A DNA stretch of 34,342 nt from Bosea sp. (in: a-proteobacteria) (lineage in GTDB: Bacteria; Pseudomonadota; Alphaproteobacteria; Rhizobiales; Beijerinckiaceae), in NCBI GenBank assembly GCA_031375605.1, contig JANMIB010000467.1:1-34342 (forward strand), given 5' to 3'. A program made the position numbers and the translations under genes. Every line of letters starts with the position of its first letter. Position 1 is the stretch's first letter. The notes below the pieces were generated by a model, which saw only the letters and a list, made by a program, of their open reading frames with translations, ran no database searches and was not told where the DNA came from. This document shows positions 28,247-34,342 of the stretch, piece by piece.

Positions 28247-30865
28247 TCAGTTCAGCGCTGCCCCGTTTGGGCGGCGTTCCCTGACGACGGACTTCGCGCC
28301 GACCATCAAGCCGCCGATGCCGGCTGTGACCGGCACGGTTTCGCCATCCATGATCTCGCCGGCGAGGATCATCTCGGCCAGCGGATCCTGCACGGTTTTC
28401 TGGATCACGCGCTTGAGCGGACGCGCGCCATAGGCCGGATCATAGCCTTTCTCCGCCAGCCACTCGCGGGCCTCTGGTGCAAGTTCGATGGTGATCTTGC
28501 GGTCGGTCAGCAACTTCGCGAGGCGGCCCATCTGGATGTCGACGATGGCACCCATCTCCGAGCGCTTGAGCCGGTGGAACAGGATGATCTCGTCGATGCG
28601 GTTGAGAAACTCGGGCCGGAAATGGCCACGCACCACGCCCATCACCTCGTCGCGCACCATGTCCGTGTCCTCGCCATCGGGCTGGTTGACGAGATATTCC
28701 GAACCCAGGTTCGAGGTCATGATGATCAGCACGTTGCGGAAATCGACGGTACGGCCCTGGCCATCGGTGAGACGGCCATCGTCGAGCACCTGAAGCAGCA
28801 CGTTGAACACGTCCGGGTGTGCCTTCTCGATCTCGTCGAACAGCACCACCTGATAGGGCCTCCTGCGCACGGCTTCGGTCAGGGCACCACCTTCCTCATA
28901 ACCGACATAGCCCGGAGGCGCGCCGATCAGACGGGCAACCGAATGCTTTTCCATGTATTCGGACATGTCGATGCGCACCATCGCCGTGTCGTCATCGAAC
29001 ATGAACGCGGCCAGCGCCTTGGTCAGTTCGGTCTTGCCGACGCCGGTGGGGCCAAGGAACATGAACGAGCCGATGGGCCTGTTCGGGTCTTGCAGGCCCG
29101 CGCGCGCCCGGCGCACGGCAGTTGACACGGCTGCGACGGCCTCCTGCTGGCCGATCACACGCGCTGCGATGGCCTGCTCCATCTTCAGGAGCTTGTCCTT
29201 CTCGCCCTGCAGCATGCGGTCCACCGGCACACCCGTCCAGCGGCTGACAACCTGCGCGACATGGTCTGCGGTGACCGCCTCTTCCATCAGGCCGGCCCCA
29301 TCGGCCTTGCCCTCGATCTCCGCCAGATCCTTCTCCAGCTTGGGAATGATGCCGTAGGCGAGTTCGCCCGCCTTCTGGTATTCTCCCTTGCGCTGGGCCT
29401 GCGCCAGTTCATTGCGGGCCGCATCAAGACGGGTCTTCAGTTCTGCGGCTGTTCCGAGCTTGTCCTTCTCCGCCTTCCATCTGGTCGTGATGACGTCCGA
29501 GCGCTCTTCCAGATCGACCAGCTCCTTGGAGAGCCGTTGCAGCCGGTCCTTGGAGGCAGCGTCAGTCTCCTTCTTCAGCGCCTCCTGCTCGATGCGCAGG
29601 CGCACGATCTCGCGGTCGATGGAGTCCAGTTCCTCGGGTTTGGAATCAACCTGCATGCGGAGGCGCGCGGCCGCTTCATCGACGAGGTCAATGGCCTTGT
29701 CGGGCAGGAAGCGATCCGTGATGTAGCGGTTCGACAAGGTCGCCGCCGCCACCAGCGAGGAATCCGTGATGCGCACACGGTGGTGCTGCTCGTACTTTTC
29801 CTTGAGGCCGCGCAGGATCGAGACGGTGTCCGCAACGCTTGGCTCATCGACAAACACGGGATGGAAGCGCCGCGCCAAAGCCGCGTCCTTCTCGACATAT
29901 TTGCGGTATTCGTCGAGCGTGGTCGCGCCCACGCAATGCAACTCGCCGCGTGCAAGCGCAGGTTTCAGCAGGTTGGACGCATCCATCGCGCCGTCCGCCT
30001 TGCCTGCCCCCACCAGCGTGTGCATCTCGTCGATGAACAGGATGACCCCGCCATCGGCGCTCGTGACCTCTGCCAGCACGGCTTTCAGGCGTTCCTCGAA
30101 TTCACCGCGATACTTCGCGCCAGCAATCAGCGAGCCCATGTCGAGTGCCATGAGCTGCTTGTCTTTCAGGCTCTCGGGCACATCGCCGTTGATGATGCGC
30201 AGTGCCAGCCCTTCGGCGATGGCGGTCTTGCCAACGCCGGGTTCGCCGATCAGAACCGGGTTGTTCTTGGTGCGGCGCGAGAGCACCTGGATGGTCCGGC
30301 GGATTTCCTCGTCACGGCCGATCACCGGGTCGAGCTTGCCGTCACGTGCCGCGGCGGTCAGGTCACGGGCATATTTCTTGAGCGCATCGTAGCTTTGTTC
30401 GGCAGAGGCTGAGTCAGCCGTGCGGCCTTTCCTGATGGCTTCGATGGCGCTGTTCAGAGATGCGGGTGTCACCCCGCCCTTGGCCAGGGTCTGGCCGGCG
30501 TCGGTTTCCTTCTCCACGGCCAGCGCCAGCAGCAGGCGCTCGACCGTCACGAAGCTGTCGCCGGCCTTGTCGGCGGCTTTCTCGGCGGTTGCGAACACGC
30601 GGGCCAGAGCGGGCGTGAGATAAACCCCGCCGCCACCGCCCGTCACGCGCGGCATCTTGTTCACATTGGCATCATTGAGCTGCTTCACGGTCCGCGATGA
30701 ACCACCGGCCCGGTCAATCAACCCTGCGGCCATGCCTTCAGGGTCATCGGTCAGCGCTTTCAGCAGGTGTTCCGGGGTGAATTGCTGATGGTTTTCGCGC
30801 AACGCGATCGTCTGCCCGGCTTGCAGGAACCCCTTGGCGCGGTCGGTGTATTTGTCCTGGTTCAT
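28247..30865 (-). CDS. clpB: ATP-dependent chaperone ClpB
   Basis: Two AAA+ modules ([16 protein letters not shown]), long M-domain coiled coil, [16 protein letters not shown]; 872 aa. Confidence 0.98.
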   Translation of the reverse strand: MNQDKYTDRAKGFLQAGQTIALRENHQQFTPEHLLKALTDDPEGMAAGLIDRAGGSSRTVKQLNDANVNKMPRVTGGGGGVYLTPALARVFATAEKAADKAGDSFVTVERLLLALAVEKETDAGQTLAKGGVTPASLNSAIEAIRKGRTADSASAEQSYDALKKYARDLTAAARDGKLDPVIGRDEEIRRTIQVLSRRTKNNPVLIGEPGVGKTAIAEGLALRIINGDVPESLKDKQLMALDMGSLIAGAKYRGEFEERLKAVLAEVTSADGGVILFIDEMHTLVGAGKADGAMDASNLLKPALARGELHCVGATTLDEYRKYVEKDAALARRFHPVFVDEPSVADTVSILRGLKEKYEQHHRVRITDSSLVAAATLSNRYITDRFLPDKAIDLVDEAAARLRMQVDSKPEELDSIDREIVRLRIEQEALKKETDAASKDRLQRLSKELVDLEERSDVITTRWKAEKDKLGTAAELKTRLDAARNELAQAQRKGEYQKAGELAYGIIPKLEKDLAEIEGKADGAGLMEEAVTADHVAQVVSRWTGVPVDRMLQGEKDKLLKMEQAIAARVIGQQEAVAAVSTAVRRARAGLQDPNRPIGSFMFLGPTGVGKTELTKALAAFMFDDDTAMVRIDMSEYMEKHSVARLIGAPPGYVGYEEGGALTEAVRRRPYQVVLFDEIEKAHPDVFNVLLQVLDDGRLTDGQGRTVDFRNVLIIMTSNLGSEYLVNQPDGEDTDMVRDEVMGVVRGHFRPEFLNRIDEIILFHRLKRSEMGAIVDIQMGRLAKLLTDRKITIELAPEAREWLAEKGYDPAYGARPLKRVIQKTVQDPLAEMILAGEIMDGETVPVTAGIGGLMVGAKSVVRERRPNGAALN

Positions 30866-30966
30866 GTCGTCACCTCGTTGCCCGCATGTCTGTTCGCCCC
30901 GGTCTGGCTGCGACGACTGCTGCGTGTTGTCATCAAGGCCCCGTCTGGCGACCTTGCATGCACCTC

Positions 30967-30995
30967 ATGTGGGTGTGGCATTCGAGCAACGTAAG
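30967..30995 (-). promoter_or_regulatory. Putative RpoH (sigma32) promoter of clpB
   Basis: Minus strand CTTACG-N16-CCCACAT resembles alphaproteobacterial RpoH CTTGAA-N16-CCTATAT, upstream of a heat-shock gene. Confidence 0.55.
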
Positions 30996-31074
30996 GGGTT
31001 GCCAACGGGCAATCCATCATCTTCGCTGTGTGTGATGAATCGTGCCCTGATCTGAACAGAAGGCAAGGCCTGCC

Positions 31075-31386
31075 TTGGCTACCAAGCGACAACAAGCGAC
31101 CGGGAAGGCTTTGCGCGGTTTTGCGCCGCTTATTCCCTTGTCTGATGCACAGGACGTGCTGGCCCGCGCGGGCAGCGGTTCGCTGAGGCAATTGACGCCG
31201 AATGTTGCGGTGTGGCTGGCCTTGACCTCCCATGTCCGGCACCGGTTCACTGATTATGACGTTTTCCTGCGCGACGGCTATGACCGTGATTCGGCGCGCT
31301 TTTTCGTGATCGAGGAGACCGAAAGGCAGCTTGCCGAATGGGGCTGCACACGGCCTTTGCTTGGTGATGATGAAGATGAGGCGTGA
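31075..31386 (+). CDS. DUF2293 domain protein
   Basis: ALRGFAPLIP…AVWLALTSHVRHRFTDYD…GYDRDSARFFV…LAEWG; TTG start. Confidence 0.82.
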   Translation: MATKRQQATGKALRGFAPLIPLSDAQDVLARAGSGSLRQLTPNVAVWLALTSHVRHRFTDYDVFLRDGYDRDSARFFVIEETERQLAEWGCTRPLLGDDEDEA

Positions 31387-31437
31387 TGCTTCACGAAAAC
31401 GTCTCGCCTTCCTGCCGGAATCGGTTATTTTCTGGCC

Positions 31438-32067
31438 ATGACAAACCCGACGCCCTCCAAAGACCTGCTTCGTTATGATCTGCTCGTTCAGGAAGCCCTG
31501 AAAGGGGTTGTGCGCAAGGTGCTGATCGACGCTGGGCGTGATGGCTTGCCGGGGGATCACCACTTCTACATTTCGTTCCGCACGGATTTTCCGGGTGTGC
31601 GCCTGTCCCAGCGCATGCGCGAAAAGTATCCCGAAGAGATGACCATCGTGCTCCAGCACCAGTTCTGGGATCTTGGCATCACGGAACACACCTTCGAGGT
31701 TGGCCTTTCTTTCTCCGGCATACCAGAGCGGCTGCTGATCCCGTTCGATGCGCTGGTGGGGTTCTTTGATCCTTCGGTTCAGTTCGGCCTCAAGTTCGAG
31801 CTTAACGGCGAGGCTGCTGCCGTGCCGGCCTTGCCTGCACCCGAAGCTGCAAAGCCCGTTCTGGCCCGCCAGCCAAATCCGTTGCGCGGTGCCGGGTCCG
31901 AGCCCACCGAACTGAAGCCAGCCGAACCAAAACCGGCAGCGAAGGCAAAACCCAAGGTTGCCAGCGAGCAAAATGACATCGATCAGAATGCAACCGCCCA
32001 GACAACTGATGACGACAAGGCTTCAGCCGAGGTTGTGAGCCTCGACGCCTTCCGCAAGAAGCCCTGA
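31438..32067 (+). CDS. sspB: Alphaproteobacterial SspB (ClpXP adaptor)
   Basis: LRYDLLVQEALKGVVRKVL, GLPGDHHFYISF, YPEEMTIVLQHQFW, FFDPSVQFGL, C-terminal VVSLDAFRKK. Confidence 0.92.
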   Translation: MTNPTPSKDLLRYDLLVQEALKGVVRKVLIDAGRDGLPGDHHFYISFRTDFPGVRLSQRMREKYPEEMTIVLQHQFWDLGITEHTFEVGLSFSGIPERLLIPFDALVGFFDPSVQFGLKFELNGEAAAVPALPAPEAAKPVLARQPNPLRGAGSEPTELKPAEPKPAAKAKPKVASEQNDIDQNATAQTTDDDKASAEVVSLDAFRKKP

Positions 32068-32074
32068 CAGCGCC

Positions 32075-32272
32075 GTGCCTGCCGACATCATCAACCTGCG
32101 GCAAGCCCGGAAGCTCAAAGCCCGCGCGCTGGCTGACATCAAGGCCAGCGAAAACCGCGCGAAATCCGGGCGCAGCAAGATTGAGCGCCAATCCGCTGAA
32201 AAGATGAACAGTCTACAGGCTCGCAAGCTGGATGGACACAGACGCGACCCTTCTGATCAAAATGACGACTGA
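32075..32272 (+). CDS. DUF4169 family protein
   Basis: ADIINLRQARK…ASENRAKSGRSK…LDGHRR. Confidence 0.8.
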   Translation: MPADIINLRQARKLKARALADIKASENRAKSGRSKIERQSAEKMNSLQARKLDGHRRDPSDQNDD

Positions 32273-32570
32273 GCGCACACGGCGCATCAGGGCAGCGCCT
32301 GATGCGAGCCAGAGCCGTGCCGGTGTGGTCAAGCGCTCGCTCTCGATTGCGGGCCATGCCACCTCGATCTCGCTCGAAGAGCCGTTCTGGCATGCCCTGA
32401 AGGCCCTCGCATCCGGGCGCAACATCAGCCTTGCCATGCTGGTCGCGGAGGTTGACGGCAAACGTGGGCGGACAAACCTGTCATCGGCCCTGCGTGTGCA
32501 TGTTCTGGAATGTCTGATGGCACAGGCCGGTGCCTTGCGCCATTCAGCTGGGCCTGAGAGCGCTGATTGA
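32262..32570 (+). CDS. Ribbon-helix-helix domain protein (RHH_4 type)
   Basis: VVKRSLSIAGHATSISLEEPFWHALK…LVAEVD…NLSSALRVHVL; start uncertain. Confidence 0.85.
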   Translation: MTTERTRRIRAAPDASQSRAGVVKRSLSIAGHATSISLEEPFWHALKALASGRNISLAMLVAEVDGKRGRTNLSSALRVHVLECLMAQAGALRHSAGPESAD

Positions 32571-32585
32571 CAGCTTCCGCAACGT

Positions 32586-32601
32586 TTGATCAGATGGTCA
32601 A
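32586..32601. promoter_or_regulatory. RutR/PydR-type operator upstream of the pyrimidine degradation operon
   Basis: TTGATCAGATGGTCAA, one mismatch to TTGACCAnnTGGTCAA; overlaps the expected -10 position of a TTGACA at 32567-32572. Confidence 0.75.
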
Positions 32602-32698
32602 ACTTGGAACTGGTCGCATTCCAGACAGCGGCTCTCATGTCGGTGTCTGCTGCCTGTGGCGCATGCGTGGAAAACAAGCCTTTTGAGGATGAGCTGAC

Positions 32699-34051
32699 AT
32701 GTCCGGTATCATGGCTGGCCGCCTGGCGGCTGAAACAGTGGACGCCAATTTCAGTGATCTGGCTCCTACTCTTTCCCGCAACGAGGCCCGCGTGGCCGCG
32801 GAACGTTGCCTGTTCTGCCACGATGCGCCCTGCGTGACGGCATGTCCGACCTCGATCGACATTCCGCTGTTCATCCGGCAGATCGCCACGCACAACCCGA
32901 TCGGGGCTGCGAGGACCATTCTTGACCAGAACATCATGGGTGCGATGTGTGCCCGTGTTTGCCCGACCGAAAATCTCTGCGAAGGCGCATGCGTGCGCGA
33001 GGTCTCGGAAGGCAAGGCCATCGAGATCGGCAGGCTCCAGCGCCATGCAACCGACACCGCCTTTGCCGCCGGCAAGCAGTTCTACCGGCATGGCCCAGCC
33101 ACGGGCTTCAGGGTTGCCGTGGTCGGGGCCGGACCTGCGGGCCTTGCCTGTGCGCACAAGCTGGCAACGCTCGGGCACAGCGTCACGGTGTTTGAAGCGT
33201 CGGACATATCGGGCGGCCTCAACGAGTTCGGCATTGCGGCCTACAAGGCAACCGATGGCATCGCTGCCAGGGAGGTGGCCTATATCCTGGAGGTTGGCGG
33301 CATCACCGTCGAGCATGGCAAGCGCCTTGGCCGCGACATCACGGTGGCGGGTTTGAAGCGCGATTTTGCGGCAGTTTTCCTTGGCATGGGCCTTGGCGAC
33401 ACCAATCGTCTTGGCCTGGGGCCAGAGCCTTCAGGCGTGCTCGATGCGGTCGATTACATCGCGGCCTTGCGCCAGACCCCTGACAAGACCACGCTGCCCG
33501 TCGGTCGGCGCATCGTGGTCATCGGCGGCGGCATGACCGCCATCGACATTGCCACCCAGACCAAGAAGCTCGGCGCGGACGAGGTCACCATCGTCTATCG
33601 GCGCGGCAAGGACCAGATGTCGGCCTCTCTGCACGAGCAGGATGTGGCGCAGACCCATGGCATCACCATCCGCCACTGGATGCGGCCGGTTGAGCTTCTG
33701 GCAACTGGTGGCAAGCTCTCTGGCGTGATGCTTGAATACACCCGGCTTCAAGACGGCAAGCTTGCAGGCACTGGCGAGACGCTCACCATGCCCTGCGACC
33801 AGTTGTTCAAGGCCATCGGCCAGATTTTCGTGCCCGCCGACATTGCTGACGCTGGAAGCGCCCTGGCGATGAGCGGCGGACGCATCGCGGTGGACGCGGA
33901 GCGCCACACCTCATGGGCCGGCATCTGGGCGGGCGGTGATTGCGTGGCGGGCGGGCAGGATCTGACCGTGACAGCGGTGGAGGACGGCAAGCAGGCTGCG
34001 TTCTCGATTGACCGAGAGTTGCGCGGGGCAAAGTCGGAGGCTGCCGAATGA
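32699..34051 (+). CDS. preT: Dihydropyrimidine dehydrogenase subunit PreT/PydX (GltD-like Fe-S flavoprotein)
   Basis: RCLFCHDAPCVTACPT, CARVCPTENLCEGAC, VVGAGPAGLACA, GGLNEFGIAAYK, IGGGMTAID, GGQDLTV; RutR box upstream. Confidence 0.88.
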   Translation: MSGIMAGRLAAETVDANFSDLAPTLSRNEARVAAERCLFCHDAPCVTACPTSIDIPLFIRQIATHNPIGAARTILDQNIMGAMCARVCPTENLCEGACVREVSEGKAIEIGRLQRHATDTAFAAGKQFYRHGPATGFRVAVVGAGPAGLACAHKLATLGHSVTVFEASDISGGLNEFGIAAYKATDGIAAREVAYILEVGGITVEHGKRLGRDITVAGLKRDFAAVFLGMGLGDTNRLGLGPEPSGVLDAVDYIAALRQTPDKTTLPVGRRIVVIGGGMTAIDIATQTKKLGADEVTIVYRRGKDQMSASLHEQDVAQTHGITIRHWMRPVELLATGGKLSGVMLEYTRLQDGKLAGTGETLTMPCDQLFKAIGQIFVPADIADAGSALAMSGGRIAVDAERHTSWAGIWAGGDCVAGGQDLTVTAVEDGKQAAFSIDRELRGAKSEAAE

Positions 34052-34342
34052 GCGGCGCAGGCGTCCATGAGGGCGGCTGCCTGTGCGGTGCGTTGCGCTA
34101 CCGCTTCGCAGGCCCCGTGCACAGTCCGCATTTTTGCTCCTGCCGGATGTGCCAGCGCGTCACCGGCGCGCCGACCGTCGCCTGGGGCAACGTCGCACGC
34201 GACCGGTTCGCCTGGATCGGCGAAGGCGGCGAGCCAGTCTGGTACCGCTCGTCAGAGCGCACACGTCGGGGCCACTGCGGTGCCTGTGGTGGCGGGGCGG
34301 TTTGCCTCGACGACGGCGCTGACATGGTGTGCATTTCCCTCG
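34048..34342 (+). CDS. GFA/CENP-V family Zn-binding protein (runs off the window end)
   Basis: ATGA overlap with preT; MSGAGVHEGGCLCGALRY…HFCSCRMCQRVTG…RGHCGACG; absent from the ORF track because it is truncated. Confidence 0.87.
   Translation, partial: MSGAGVHEGGCLCGALRYRFAGPVHSPHFCSCRMCQRVTGAPTVAWGNVARDRFAWIGEGGEPVWYRSSERTRRGHCGACGGGAVCLDDGADMVCISL

Noticed and set aside
30862-31971. 369-aa minus-strand ORF ending at the clpB start
   Set aside because: Antisense to the well-supported DUF2293 and sspB genes and runs across the clpB promoter; no protein-like motifs
32699-34051. Annotation as glutamate synthase small subunit gltD
   Set aside because: GIAAYK, GGMTAID and GGQDLTV motifs, a RutR box and no adjacent gltB favour PreT

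Overview
A GC-rich alphaproteobacterial chromosome segment (Hyphomicrobiales-like gene order), mostly core metabolism. It contains purL; a stand-alone TadG/vWA pseudopilin; an FAD amine oxidoreductase divergent from a VOC protein plus peptide/opine-type ABC transporter; a secreted catalase-fold protein; the tkt-gap-(hyp)-pgk-fba-(mmcQ-benE)-thiE-like-sel1-suhB run; DUF4164/zapA; N-formylglutamate amidohydrolase; glycerate kinase-DUF1036-pyk; clpB; DUF2293-sspB-DUF4169-RHH; and the start of a pyrimidine reductive-degradation operon (preT, GFA). I found no rRNA, tRNA, CRISPR array, integrase or transposase. The most unusual signals are: (1) the periplasmic catalase-family protein has Gly where the distal catalytic His should be and sits behind an ECF16/SigF-type promoter; (2) a low-GC orphan gene lies antisense between pgk and fba; (3) the orphan Tad tip adhesin has a sigma54-like promoter and paired upstream motifs; (4) a heptamer tandem array links an overlapping TGATG start in frame to pyk; (5) a tail-anchored coiled-coil protein is translationally coupled to pgk. 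All calls come from reading motifs by eye; no database searches were run.
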